Shown: positions 1 to 21,999 of the stretch, piece after piece | Numbering within the stretch: the first letter of the stretch is position 1 | Layout: every line of letters starts with the position of its first letter | NCBI RefSeq assembly: GCF_009914755.1 | Contig: NC_060943.1 | DNA: 64,000 nt | Source of the DNA: the human T2T-CHM13v2.0 reference genome, Homo sapiens | Reading direction: 5' to 3' (one strand) | Translations under genes and position numbers: made by a program | Notes under the pieces: model-generated | Databases searched by the model: none | What the model saw: only the letters and a program-made list of their open reading frames with translations | What the model was told of the DNA's origin: nothing

Positions 1-211
1 TAGTTTCTTCCATTTTATATGGCCGTTAAAAAAAATACATGAAGCAGTCATGGTTCCTACAATCCAGAAACTTTTAGTCTAGACTAGCAACTGGATAAAA
101 AATTGAATTGTGCATCATATGGTTGGTCCAACAAATAGATGTGTCCAAAATCTTGGGCTTTATTTAGGCCACTTTCTTTATATTGTTGTGACTTCTGATG
201 TCTACATCTGA

Positions 212-529
<318 letters not shown>

Positions 530-597
530 TTATAATTTCTATTTCTTTTACTTTGCTTAGTGTACATATTTATTTTCTAATAAAATTTCCCTAGAAA

Positions 598-925
<328 letters not shown>

Positions 926-1620
926 CTAGAAAACCTTAAGGGATTTGTTTAAATTGCATATTAGTACATAGTATAAAGTTGACAAAGCAGTGTCTAGAAA
1001 AGATTAAAATTACAGAATCTCTGGGATTTAAGTTTCTTTTAGGTAAGCTTAGAAAAAACAAAACTGGTAGTACTTCAGTGGCATGGAGAACAGAATTCAA
1101 CATAGGGTCCTCACTGCAGTGTCTCAGACCTGTTCAGATTTATCCTTTTTGGAGGCCTTATTTAGGTCTGACTGTACCTTGGAGTCTTGCCTCACAGAAC
1201 TGAGTAGAAGAGATCAGAGTTTTGGCTGGTGAATCCTGCTGTCTTTCTAGAGCTGGTGTTCACAATTTCCTGAAACCCAAAAGCAGATAAATGGGAAAAA
1301 TAAAGAATGTATTTTAGGGTCTTAGTTTTTAAAGGCTCTATTAAAACCAGTGCTTGGAGAGACATTCTATTTAGCAACTGGTTTTTTCCCCCTGCAGATC
1401 CAGTAATTGCTCCACAAGTCACAAAAAAGTAAATATAAAGAGAATAAAATTTTCTCTAAACTACGTTAAACTCTTCCTTTATTATATCTCTTTCACCTGT
1501 CTGTATTTAGCTTTTATTCTGTACAATTTTATTAAAAATTTGAGACAGAGAAATAGAAGAAGAAATAAAAATGCTGGGCCCTTTATCTAAATCCTGGAAA
1601 TTATTAAACACTGAGTACCA

Positions 1621-1950
<330 letters not shown>

Positions 1951-2922
1951 TTATGAGAATTAAATCACATAATATGTTATGCCCAGTACAGTCCTCTGTA
2001 TCCTAGTTTTGAGCACATAGTACCTGTTTAATAAGCATTGTATTAGTACATGTGTACATGCTGTTTTTTAAATCCAGACTTATTCAGACATTACTGCCTT
2101 CTGTTTCCTCTGTAAACTTTAAAGAGACAGCAAAGAATATAAAACTTTAGGATGGAGATGGGTTGTCCATATTTGTACCCAGAAGTGTTTGATTGCGACA
2201 AGAGTGCTGAGTGTTAAGAGACCATGGGCTGTGCCTGCTTTCTCTAACTAATGCTAGTAATGAGACAAGGGGAAGCAACATCAGCACTGACAGGGGACTT
2301 GTTTAAAATGCCCATTCATGGACTCTTTTCAAACCTGCAGAATCGCATTACATAAAGTGGGGCCAAAATTACCAAGTCATTTATAAGCTCGTTAAAGCCT
2401 GAGAGGCAATGCTTAGCTTAGTGGTTATCAGCCCAGGCTTCTCATTAGGATCAAATGGCTAATTTGCAGAAATCTCTTGTGCCCTCCCCACAGCTTCTGT
2501 TTATTGTTGTGGGTGGAAGGATCCATGTTTTTGAGTGAAGGGCCTCATGTGACTCTAAGGTGAGGCCAGAATCAAGTATGAGGGTTTCAAAATACATTCA
2601 TGAGCATTAAGTTCCACCTTTGCACTAAACAGCAGTCACAGGGGTGGTGCTGTTTGGGTTTGGTAGGGAAAGGTCAGTGTGGCACATATTTGCATTACTG
2701 TAGCAGAAATTGCTGGTGTCTCTGGCAGGGGAGGGCACCTGAAGACAGAAAAGGAGAAACTTATATTTTTATCTTCATGGAGCAGCTCATTATTCCTGAA
2801 CTTCTTCTGTTTTAAATGACAGAAATGGGTGGACTTTTTCTGTCTTTTTCTGCCAGTTGATGTCATGCTAGCAGGTAAACAGGTGGTACTGACACCTTTA
2901 AAGGCATATTCTCCATATGCAG

Positions 2923-3002
2923 GTGTAATTTGTTCAGAGAGTCTCATCTGAGAAGGAATTCTAGAGAAGGAGGAGAAAGAAAAAAAAATGGCTTTTCTTC
3001 AG
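2923..3002 (+). other. Putative vestigial or alternative start exon ending ATG GCT TTT CTT CAG|gtaaac
   Basis: atatgcag acceptor, purine-rich body, MAFLQ, then a phase-0 donor compatible with KRAB-A. Resembles MALPQ-type start exons of other KRAB-ZNF subfamilies. Confidence 0.45.
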
Positions 3003-4008
3003 GTAAACATGTGTCAGATGAAGAGCTGTGTCCACTCTGCCTCCTGGACTGCCATGCATTTAGTACCCACAAACCTTTACTTCTCTACTTGTGTTTTTCC
3101 TCCCTAATGACTTTGATTTAACTACTTCTTAAAATTCTTATGATAGTCAAGGGTCTCTGAAAAATATTTTTTTCCTATATCCCAGAGCCCTCCCTACATT
3201 CTCTACATCATAGCTTCTTATATGTCATGCAGGATTATCAGCAAGAATTTATGATCTGCAATATTAAAAATATTCCCTTTGTGGCTGTTGAACATGAAAA
3301 GATGTGGATACTCAAGATTTCTACTGGAGAAAACCGTGGTACTTAGTAAAGATGGAGAACATGTAATGTTGCGGCTCCATCTGTGTGTTCCATTAGCTCT
3401 ATGCAGAAGAAGATTAAGAAAATCCTTATTTAACTGGGATGACATTTATTACTCAGAAAGTTCTGAAAAAAAATTAGGAGATATTTGCTCTCTAGGGTGG
3501 CAAATGAAGCCTCCTTAAAATTACTACTAACAATTACAGAACATAGGAGTTATTTGTATTTTGAAGTTTCCATAAAACTGATGTTTCTTTATGGTTAAAT
3601 TCAGATTCTATTTACTTTTTTGGGGAAAGAATATTTCAACAGTGATGCTGTGTTCTCCTGTGTGCATTAGCACGTCATAAAAATTTGTCCTCCTGCAGTT
3701 AATGATTAATGAATCACTTAGTGAAATTGCTGACAGATTTTTTTTACTATGGAGTTAATTAGTTTTCTCTTTATTAGTAAGTATCTTTATGCAGCTGATG
3801 TGCATAAATGATCACATTTAATCTGGCAGCTGTCTTTTTTTCTTATGTTTTTCTACATATTTTTCTTTGGTAAATGAAGGCTCTTAGTTTTGTTTACAGG
3901 CTTGAAAAACTGGGAAAAATACCGACTCTTGCACTTACTGAATATTTGACAAAATATCCTTCTTGGGACAAAAACATTGGCATTACTGGTGAGCTTGTTA
4001 GAAATTCA

Positions 4009-4320
<312 letters not shown>

Positions 4321-4770
4321 TTAAAAATCAGACTTTATACCAGATCTTCTGGAAAAAAAAAAACCCTGCAAAACAAGGTCTTCAGCTTATTCTACACATC
4401 AAAATTTGAGAGGTGCTTTCTAACTCAACATGTCTTTTCCATCTGAAAAATATTCACAAGTCATTTTGTATGATGTAAATATAGCACTCAAAAATATACA
4501 TGTTTGTGTTCATGTCCTTAATTTTATACTTTATTATCCAGAAAAATATCATTATATGAACTGATCTTGTGGATATTATGCTGCTCTTTTTTCTCAGAGA
4601 TAGAGAATACATTAGAAAATATTTGTGTTGAAAATTATTTTATTGGATAATTTTAGTCAGTCCTATAAGTCAGAATGAGTGCTCTTTACTCTCTCATTTC
4701 ACCTTAAGTCAAATTAAAAATTCCGCTCATGGCAACTTAGTAAAAATGTGTGTGTGTGTGTGCTTTACAG

Positions 4771-4917
<147 letters not shown>

Positions 4918-4952
4918 TAATTCATAATATATCCTAAAGATTTTATTTCTCT

Positions 4953-5250
4953 TTTTATTTTTATTTTTTGAGATGGAGTCTCACTCTGTTGCCCAGGCTG
5001 GAGTGCAATGGTGCAATCTCTGCTCACTGCAACCTCAGCCTCCTGGGTTCAGTGATTCTCCTGCCTCAGCCTCCCAAGTAGCTGGGATTACAGGTGACTG
5101 CCACCACGCTCGGCTAATTTTTGTATTTTTAGTAGAGATGGGATTTCACCATGTTGGCCACACTGGTCTCGAACTCCTGACCTCAGGTGATATGCCCGTC
5201 TTGGCCTCCCAAAGTGCTGGAATTACAGGCATAAGCCAACATGCTCAGCC
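4953..5250 (-). mobile_element. Alu (absent from gene 2 paralog)
   Basis: Alu consensus; TSD tatttctcttttt. Confidence 0.9.
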
Positions 5251-5707
5251 TATTTCTCTTTTTTGTAGAATGTTTTTAGACCTTTATTCTTTGCATAAAA
5301 AACTTTCAGATCCCCTTTTTCCAGAAAATCTTCAAAATTTGTTCATTTATTAAAGAATTTCTTCAAGATGTTTCATCTTAATCCAAACTTTCCACATTCC
5401 TGAGTTGAGCTGTATTCTTCACTCTAAATTAGTGGTAATTCCAGAAATTTAGTGGCATAAAATATTTTTGTCCCCACCTGAAAATCGAATTGCCACCACC
5501 AATTTTTGATTCAGCAGTACCAGGTAGTAAAATTAAGAAACCCACAAATTGAAAGTATTTTCTAAATATTTAGAAATTTCTGTTATAACTTAGTATTTTG
5601 CTATTAATTTGCTAGAATATTTTATCACATTCTCTCTGCTGAGCACATTACTAGCTTGTAATTGGAGAATATGAGAAAAATTTATGTATTTATTTTTAAT
5701 AAAACAG

Positions 5708-5803
5708 GTATTGTTGTCTCTAACCCAGACCTGATCACCTGGCTACAGCAAGGAAAAGAAACTTTGACCATGAAGAGACAGGTGATGATTGCCAAACACA
5801 CAG
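5708..5803 (+). pseudogene. KRAB-B exon of gene 1 (GIVVSNPDLITWLQQGKETLTMKRQVMIAKHT)
   Basis: aataaaacag acceptor, 96 bp, CAG|gtagg donor. Frame open (ORF 5662..5856). Confidence 0.93.
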
Positions 5804-6109
5804 GTAGGTGTTTTTTTTGCTCTCACAAAGGGGCATCTTCTGTCTTATGCTTTTAAATTCTCTAAGGATTCTGCTTTTCTTTTGGTGAGCTTCCTTCAAG
5901 TTCACAGTGAGAGCCAATGTCCTCTTCATGGCATAGAAGAGACTGCACAATCTGACTGCTTTTCCATTATTTTGGGGACACACAAATATCTGCATGATGT
6001 TGAGAAACTAAAACTATGTTTTAAGTTCCCTTTTTTCATCAGGTTTGAAATGTGTGAAAGTAGTAGTTTCTGTTGCATTTTTTTGTTCATTTTTCTGCAC
6101 AGTCCATTC

Positions 6110-6770
6110 TGTTTTTATTATTATGTGGCCTTGAAATATAGTTTCAAATTATAAGTATGATATCCTTCTGCTTTGTTCTTTGTCTTCATGATTGCTTCGG
6201 CTATTCAAAATTTATTTTAGTTTCATGTAAATTTTAGAATTGTATTTTCCATTACTGTGAAAAAAAACCACAGCAATTTTGATAGGAAGTTTATTGAATC
6301 TATAGATTACTTTGGATAATATGGCACTACAATAATATTTATTCTTTCAAGCCATAGACAAAATATTTTAAAATTTATTTGGATCTTCTCTAATTTATTT
6401 ATTTTTTTATTGTAAAAATGTTTTACCTCCTTGGTTAATTTTTTCCTCAGAAATTTACTAATTAATGCTCTAGTAAATAAACGTTTTTCTTTATCAGACA
6501 GTTTAAGTGCATGAAACCATACATACACTTGTATGTTAATTTTATATTTTGCTGATTTACTGAGTGTATTTATTAGTTTAGATAGGCTTTAATGTACTGT
6601 TTATAGTTTTTTAAATGTATGATTGTATGACCTACAAACAGCAACTTTTTACTCATTTTTCAATTTCAATGGTTTTTTTTAAATTTCTTTGACTAATTCT
6701 TCTGTTACATACTTCCAGTGCTACATTAAAATAGAAGAATTGACAAAGGGCACAATATAGTTTTGTATTG
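6110..6770 (-). mobile_element. Old L1M ORF2 fragment
   Basis: Minus-strand translation ...CLWLERINIIVVPYYPK resembles L1 ORF2. A paralogous copy lies at ~51110-51780. Confidence 0.6.
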
Positions 6771-8356
6771 GTGTCTGAATTTGATGGAGCAGACACCTCT
6801 TCAAGTTTTTGTAAACTGATTTTAGATTGTAAAGATCTTCTTTTATTGGTTCCTTAGGGTGATGAGATGCCATCTGAATTTGTAGTGAAGAGGGATTGTA
6901 GCTTGGTCACAAGGCTGCTAGGTCTGCACTAGGGTTCACCCTTAGTTGGCTTGTTACAGGGGCTTGGGTTGTTGTAATTCCCATTTTATTTTTGGACAGA
7001 CTAAATATCCTTCAGTACTTTTCTCAGTAGGGCAGGCACTACAGCATGTTTTTGCAGTCGAGTCTGCATATGCTGGGCCTTAAATCAGGATGTGGATGAG
7101 TGTGGCTTTCATGAGTATGAGAGAGCATTTCCTCAGGTAACTGTGTGGGTTTCTATGCAGGAAGAACTGATCATAAACTGTGGCTCAGGTAACTGAAACT
7201 GAGTCATTGAACCACTTCAGGGACCTGAGTAAAGGCCAAGGTCTGCAGACCTGCCTGCATGGCTGTAAATAGGTGCCTTCCTCTGGGTCTCTAGAATGGC
7301 AGGACCTCTCCCAGACAGTGGCTGGGAGGAGTTTGGGACGGTTATATGATAAGTTCAGAATTCTCAGAATCTCAGTTTGGGACCAAGTTGGGTGAACTCT
7401 ATCCTGGTCTGTAGCCATAAACAGGAATCCTGCACTTTCCCACCTAATTGAGGGCCTGCTTTCTGAGTAGAACACTTTTCAATCCTAAGCTTTAACAGAG
7501 TTTCATCACTCCTTCCCTGGATCTCAAATCTCTCTTACAGGCACTTATTTTGGAGATGGGGTCTTGCTACATAACCCAGGCTGGTCTCAAAATTCTGGCC
7601 TGAAGCAGTTTTTCCACCTTAATGTACGATGTAGCTGTCATTACAGGTGTGAGCCATAATGCCTGGTTCTCTCATAAAGGCATTTTTGTCAGGGATGGCT
7701 GACATTATTTTGCTGTAAGGGGATATGAATGTAGGGGACTTTTAATCTTTTCATCTTACTGATGTCACTCTCCCTATACATTTTTACTTTCCATTTTCTA
7801 TTTCAAATTTTTCTGTAATTTTAGATTCAGATATTTAGGACAATATGCTAGAATTTGCATGGTATGCCTGATGTAGTTAGAAAATTAGTAGGTACTCCAT
7901 ATTTACTAAAAGAGTTACTTATAAATGTAAGTTTGCTACAGGCAAAAAAGAATTATAGGATTTTCATCTACTTTCTTCAGCCTATATATAAATAATAACA
8001 TAGTTTATTTCCCAATATTTGTTTTACATATCAGAGGATCTAATTCTATTCTGCAATATATACATGTATATTTTCTGTCTTTAACAATGTAAGACTATTC
8101 TTTGCTTCTAAAGTTAGAATACAGCAGTTTCATTTTGTGTAAGAATAACATATTCAAAACATAAAACTAACTCTAGTTTTTTTAAATGCTTATTTATTAA
8201 AAGTTTCTCATTAGAATCTTCTATTTATGATTATACTGCATATTTTCTGAAATTTTACTGCCACACAGTGCATGCCAATGATTCAAAATACCTGCATTTA
8301 ATGAGTACACAGTAACAGCTAAATATTGCAGTTACCCAGACAAATTTTTTTAAATT

Positions 8357-12061
<3,705 letters not shown>

Positions 12062-12225
12062 TGTAACAGTTTTTTAATCCTGTCTAGGTGAGTAGTCATA
12101 AAAATTCTCCTGATTTCAGCATTTATTTATGTGTGAATCTATATTTTTTCGGTGGGGGAGAAACACCTAAAGAAATGTGTTATGTGTCAAAAACACATAA
12201 CAAAATTTACAATAAAATATTTCTA

Positions 12226-12988
<763 letters not shown>

Positions 12989-12989
12989 A

Positions 12990-15500
12990 ACAACTACCAA
13001 TTCTTCTCATTTTGTGGTACTTTTCAAACACCACTCTGTTTTCTGTTTCTAAGAGTATAATTGCTTTGTATATCTCATACAATCTCTGTCTCTTTGTGGA
13101 TGGCTTATTTTATTTTGCATAATGTCATCAATATTTATCTTAATAGTTGTTAGAATATTTTCTGCTTTTTGAAATCTGAGTGATATTCCAGTATTTTTAT
13201 ATCTACTGAATGATTTGGAGACAGAAATTTGCATTGCTTTTACCTATTGGCTTCCAGTAACAATGTTACAATAGTTATGTGAAAGTTAATATATGTGCTG
13301 CATTCTGTTTTATTAGTCTACATTTTCACCTTTATAATCATACCGAATTGTTGTAATTCTATACGTTTTTGATGTGTTTGAAATCAGAAATTGTAATGCC
13401 TCCAACATTGTTCCTTTTTCTCAAGATTGTTGGGTACTTTATTATCTCTTTAGATTCCATATACTTTTGGAGTTGGTGTTTTTGTTTCTTCAAAAATGCA
13501 ATGAGAAATTTGAGAAAGATTGTATTAAATCTGTAGATTAAATTGAGCAGTATAGACATCTTCACAATATTAATTATTTCTTTTTTCATTGTTTGTTTTT
13601 GAGATGGGGTTAAATTCACCCACCTCAGCCTCCCAAAATGCTAGGATTACAGGCATGAACCACTGCACCCAGCCCAGTTATTTCAACAAGTGCATGCTCA
13701 AGAGTGTGTTGTATCATTTCTATATAGATGTAAATTTATCATTTATTTATATTATTGTTTTGTACTCTAATTCTATTTTTGTCATAGAAAATAATCTATG
13801 AAATTTCAGTTGTAAATAATGTGTTAAGACTTTGTTTTTGGCCTAACAGGTGGTCTATAAAGAAGAATATTGTATGAGCTATCGAGAAGGCTGTGTATCC
13901 TGATGTTGTTGAGGAGTGTTCTCTATACCTTCATTAGAAATAATTGTTTTTTACTGCCTTCTAGTCCTCTGTTCCATTACTAATATTATGTCTTGTTTTA
14001 TTATTATTACAGAAAGTGGGGTATTGAAATATCCTACTATAATCATATTGCTCTCTCTGTATTCAATTTTGTTAGTATTTGCTTGATATAATTGAAACCC
14101 TAATTTGAGACACACACAGAAAAATACACACACGTGTATAAACAAATTTGTCATAGGTTCCCAGTGAATGAATCTATATATTGTTTAACGCCCTTCTTTG
14201 TCTTTTTGAAGTTTTGACTTAAAGTACATTTTATAAAATATGACAGTTTTTTTACTTAAGATGTAGCTTGTGTAATATTATTTTGACCTCTTCTGCTGTA
14301 ATTTGGTTAATATTTATATAAAAATTCTACTTTTGTCTTGCAACTTTCAGTCTTTTCTTGTCATTAGATCTCAACTGACTCTTTAAAAAGGTAAGTTGAG
14401 TCTGATTTTTAAAACTTTTTAATGAACCTTTTTATTGAAATTATGTCTCTTGAATGGAAAGATAATTGTATATATTTAAATAGTTTTCTGAAAGAGAAAA
14501 ACTTAGTTATTTTAATTGTTTTATTTGATTATTGTATCCTTGTGTGTCATTTTCTCTGTCTTTTTGTGTTGTTTTGATTTTTATATTGACATGCTTTCAG
14601 TTTTCTCTTATTGTTTTTTGTGTATCCATATGGATTTTTTTTAGTGGTATCTTAGGGAATTACCTAAAACCTCTAAAAGATTCAACAATATATTTTAATG
14701 TAGTAAGAAATTAGCTTCAGTTGCATACAAAAATTCTTATTACATCTGCCTTAAACTTTGTTACTGACTTTACTAATTACATTTTTTATGTTGTATATTC
14801 ATGAACAGATGCTTATAATTTCTATACATTTATCTTTTAAATTTTAAAGAATAATTAAAAAAGTTTTCTGTACCATTATGATAATGTTAAGTAAGAAATT
14901 CTATTTTTATGTGTGTACATATCTTTCCCAGAAATTTATGTATTTTCATATGATTATGTGTTGTTTTCTTGCATTACGTTATTTTCTGTAGAAGAAACTC
15001 CTTTCAGCGTTCTTGATATGTAGGACATATGCAGTGCCAATATAATTCTCAAGATTTGGTTATTTTGGAAGAACTTCTTTCTATTTGGTAGTACAATTTT
15101 GCTCTTATGGTAATACTCCCATTTGACAACTTATTTTGAAATTATAATTTTAAAAATATCACAGTTTCCTTCTGATCTGCAAAAATTTTTTTGATAAATT
15201 CACTGGTTATCTGATGAGACTATGCTTATAGATTATTATTATATTTATCTTGCAGCTTGCAAAATTCTTATCTGTGATTTTTGAAATTTTGCTTATATAT
15301 GTGTTTGTTATAAATATATGTTTGAGTGTATCCTAGTTTGTTCAGCTTTTTCATGTTTACCCCATTTTTTCTTACTTTTAAGAAATTTTTCAGTTTTTTT
15401 TACATCCACTATTTTCATTTTCTGCTATTTTAATATTTTTTGTGGTTAATCTCATTTTTCCGATCTTCAGTAGTTGTCTGTGTTTCTATATAACTTCCTG
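12990..15500 (-). mobile_element. Old, fragmented L1M (boundaries approximate)
   Basis: ORF fragments INIVKMSILLNLIYRFNTI...GGITISDFK (13359-13619) and IIVGYFNTPLS (endonuclease, 13951-14154). Confidence 0.65.
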
Positions 15501-15529
15501 GATATTATTCAATTTATTTTATTTATTTA

Positions 15530-16993
15530 TTATTCTTTTTTTTTTTTTTTTCTGAGATGGGGTCTCACCCTTTCACCCAAGCTGGAGTGCAGTTGTGTGA
15601 TCTCGGCTCACTGCAACCTCTGCCTCCTGGATTCATGCAATTCTCCTGCCTCAGCCTCCTGAGGAACTGGGATTACAGGCACCTGCCAGTATGCCTGGCT
15701 AATTTTTTGTGTTTTTAAATGAGGTGGGTTTTCCCCATGTTGGCTAGGCTGATCTTGAATTCCTGATTTCAAATGAACTGCCCATCTCAGCCTCTCAATG
15801 TGTTGGGATTACAGGTGTGAGCCACCATGCTTGGCCTATTTTATTTTATTTTTGAGACAGAGTCTTGCTCTGTTGCCCAAGCTTTAGTGCAGTGGCACAT
15901 CTCCACTCACCGCAAACTTCCCTTCCTGGATTCAAGCAATTCTCCTGTGTCAGCATCCCACGTAGCTAGGATTACAGTCAGATACCACCAGGCCCACTAA
16001 TGTTTGTATTTTTAGTACATACAGGGTTTCACCATGTTGGCCAGGCTGGTCTCCAACTCCTGACCTGTGATTCTACCACCTTGGCCTCCCATTGTGTTGG
16101 GATTACAGGAATGAGCCTCCAAATATGGTCTGTTCAATCTATTTTGAATTTTTAAAATTACTTTATACATTTTTAATGATTGCTTTTGAAAATTTTATAA
16201 TTTTTTTGATGGGGCAATGTTGCCTTAATATTTTGTATACATTGTAATCTTTGATCGATATTTGAACATTAACAAAAAGCCACCTGTTACAATCTTTATA
16301 ATATAGCTCTGTCCTGGCATAGTCTGAAATCAATTGTCTTGGCTAGAGATTCTGGGAATTTCTCAAACCTGTTTTTAGGAGGTGTCTTGTCTAAAATTTT
16401 GTGTTTATTGTTTAGTTAAATCAGTTTATTAATATTTCTTCTTAATAATCAGTAATCACTTGCTACACCCATTTCCTGTTTGGGGTACTGCAGTTTCTCT
16501 GCTTTTGTAACATTTACCTTAAGCCTTGGCAGACTCAAACTGTCATTCCAACATATATCACCATTTCTTTCAGCATTTTATGTTGTGGGAGACCTTAACC
16601 AGTGCCTTAAAAAGTCCCTAGAAGCCAGAAATAAAGATGTATGTGCCAATATTTTTCTTGTTTTTTTAAAAAGAAACCAGGAGTTGGCAATTTACATTTG
16701 TGTGTGTGTGAGACAGAGTCTCACTCTGTTACTTAGGCTGGAGTGCAGTGACATTATCTTGGCTAACAACAGTCTCTGCCTCCAGAGTTCAAGCAATTCT
16801 CCTGCCTCAGCCTCCCAAGTAGCTGGATTACAGGTACCTGTTACCATGCCTGGCTAATGCTTTTTATTTTTAGTAGAGACGGGTTTTTACCATCTTGGCC
16901 AGGCTGGTCTTGAACACTTACTTACCCTTGTGATTCACCGACCTCAGCTTCCCAAAGTGCTGGGATTACAGACTTGAGCCATCCTGCCTGGCC
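15530..16993 (-). mobile_element. Three antisense Alus (15530-15836, 15837-16130, 16710-16993)
   Basis: Alu consensus. Confidence 0.9.
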
Positions 16994-17040
16994 AGGAATG
17001 TACATTTAAAGGCACAATGTTATACTGGAGAGCAGGAAGA

Positions 17041-17400
17041 AGTGAAGAATATTTCTTCTAAAGACAGCCATTAGAAATATAAAGGGGGTTGTAGTGCCTT
17101 TACTTGCATCATAGATCTTATTGCACACATTTTGTACTAGAGGAAAACCCTGAAGCAGTTGCTCAAGCTTTGTTCAACATTGGAATTTATATTGGAGAAG
17201 AGTCCTGAAATATAATGAATTTAAAAACACTTATATTTCAAAAACTACAGCTTAGAAAACACCAGAGAGTTTATACTAAAATATATTTTTGCAGATGCAG
17301 TAAATATAAAAAAAATTAATTTAAAATTGATTTTATGTAAATATCAGAGAATTTACGGTAGAATAACTAAGGCACTGACATTTCAGACATTACAGCAAAT
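17041..17400 (+). pseudogene. Degenerate C2H2 finger relics (3'UTR-type part of the last exon of gene 1)
   Basis: Linker-like remnants tgtactagaggaaaaccctga, tatattggagaagagtcctgaaatataatgaa and aaacaccagagagtttatact (HQRVYT). No open frame. Confidence 0.7.
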
Positions 17401-17520
17401 CAGTGTTGAGTATAAAAACTAATCTACAGCTACAGCTGTTAGATAAATTGCTTGTATATAACTTTAAAAGGAGTAGATTTTTGAAGCATGGTAATTCTAT
17501 TGAAAGTATACTTATTTGCG

Positions 17521-19730
<2,210 letters not shown>

Positions 19731-19846
19731 TAAATAAAATCCTTACATTTCTGAGTCCTGAAAAATTATTAAATATTTGTTATATAGTTTTCTTTTAACA
19801 TTTGGTCTCTCTGCCTGCGAACATATAGACTTTTAGTTTTAATTTA

Positions 19847-20815
19847 TGTGGGGAAAAGTGAGAGAAATCAGATTGTTACTGTGTCTGTGTAGAAAGTAGA
19901 CATGAGACTCCATTTTGTTCTGTACTAAGAAAAATTCTTCTGCCTTGAGATGCTGTTAATCTGTAACCCTACCCCCAACCCTGTGCTCCCTGAGACGTGT
20001 GCTGTGTCAACTCAGGGTTAAATGGATTAAGGGTTGTGCAAGATGAGCTTTGTTAAACAGATGCTTGAAGGCAGCATGCTCCTTAAGAGTCATCACCACT
20101 CCCTAATCTCAAGTACCCAGAGATGCAAAACACTGTGGAAGGCCGCAGGGACCTCTGCCTAGGAAAGCCAGGTATTGTCCAAGGTTTCTCCCCATGTGAT
20201 AACCTGAGATATGGCCTCATGGGAAGGGAAAGACCTGACCATCCCCCAGCCCAACACCCATAAAGGGTCTGTGCTGGGGAAGATTAGTGAAAGAGGAAGA
20301 CCTCTTTGCAGTTGAGATAAGAGGAAGGCCTCTGTCTCCTGCTCATCCATGGGCAATGGAATGTCTCAGTGTAAAGTCCAATTGTATATTCCATCTACTG
20401 AGATAGGGGAAAACTGCCTTAGGGCTGGAGGTGAGACATGCTGGCAGCAGTACTGCTCTTTAATGCATTGAGATGTTTATGTATATGCACATCAAAAGCA
20501 CAGCACTTTTTTCTTTACCTTGTTTATGATGCAGAGACCTTTGTTCACGCGTTTTCTTACTGACCTTCTCTCCACTATTACCCTATTGTCTTGCCACATC
20601 CCCCTCTCTGGGAAATGCCCGATAATGATCAATAAATACTAAGGGAACTCAGAGGCCACGGCAGGCAGGCGCGGTTCCCCCTTATGCTGAACGCTGGTCC
20701 CCTGGGCTGATTTTTTTTTCTCTATACTTTTTCTCTGTGTCTCTTTCTTTTCCAAGTCTCTCATTCCACCTAACGAGAAACACCCACAGGTGTGGAGGGG
20801 CAACCCAGCCCTTCA
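19847..20815 (+). mobile_element. HERV-K(HML-2) solo LTR, LTR5 family (LTR5B-like)
   Basis: TGTGGGGAAAAG...CCCTTCA termini, 969 bp, AATAAA at ~20631, exact 6-bp TSD aattta (19841-46 / 20816-21). Confidence 0.93.
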
Positions 20816-21044
20816 AATTTACATAGAGTTAAATATACACATATTACTCTGAAGATAAATCTTAGGTGTAAGAAAAGTATTAAGTGAGTGTTTGTGTGAG
20901 TATGAGTTTGTACATATTTTCAGGAGAAAAGAGCAATAATTGCAACAAAATGAATAAATAAGGTGACTAATAGAAAACTAAACACCTCAAAAATGCTGAA
21001 AGCAAATCTATACTTTTTGCTTTGTCTTGAATTCCTTTATTCAT

Positions 21045-21352
<308 letters not shown>

Positions 21353-21769
21353 GTGTCTTGAATTTATTAATGTAAAATGTTATGGCTTATGGTTTGGATT
21401 CTCCCTAGAATCTGCCTATTAAAGCACAGGCATCTTTGTCTTCAGAAATGACACTCTTGAGTAGAACAATAAAAACCCTCTTCAAACAGAAAAAAATAAT
21501 CATTTTTAACACTTATTTTAATGAAAATTTAACCAACATTGAGTAATTGGATATATTTTTATTGTTTTATGTGTGTGTGAATGTATAAAATGGTACATAC
21601 AGGAAAAATAATTCAAGCCAGAAAAAAGATGTAAGTTAATATTTGTAATGAATGAAACTGGAGAGTAGTTAATTATTATTTGCAGATAATATATTTGTTT
21701 ATGTAGATAACAAAAGGAGCAGAAAGACTATTTTAAAAGTTTATTTAGGTGGGTAGGCAACATTTTAAG

Positions 21770-21990
21770 ATAATACCCTGGATTACCAGTCTGTTGCACA
21801 CCTGCTGTGTCATACTTTCCTCTTGAGTGAAAAAAAAATGTATGACTGTGGTGGGAAATCACTCATGAAATTAGGTTACTCAACTGTTGACTTTGTGTTT
21901 ATCAAAATGGAGATTATTCTGATTGTGTTAAACTTAATCACAGGTGCTTCTAAGAGAAAGAGACACATAGAAAAACAACCTGCTGGCCTG
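21770..21990 (+). mobile_element. Probable MaLR (MLT1-type) LTR fragment
   Basis: Motifs such as gggaaatcactcatg...aaaatggagattattctg...cttaatcaca. Recognised by eye only. Confidence 0.4.
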
Positions 21991-21999
21991 ATTGTTTTG

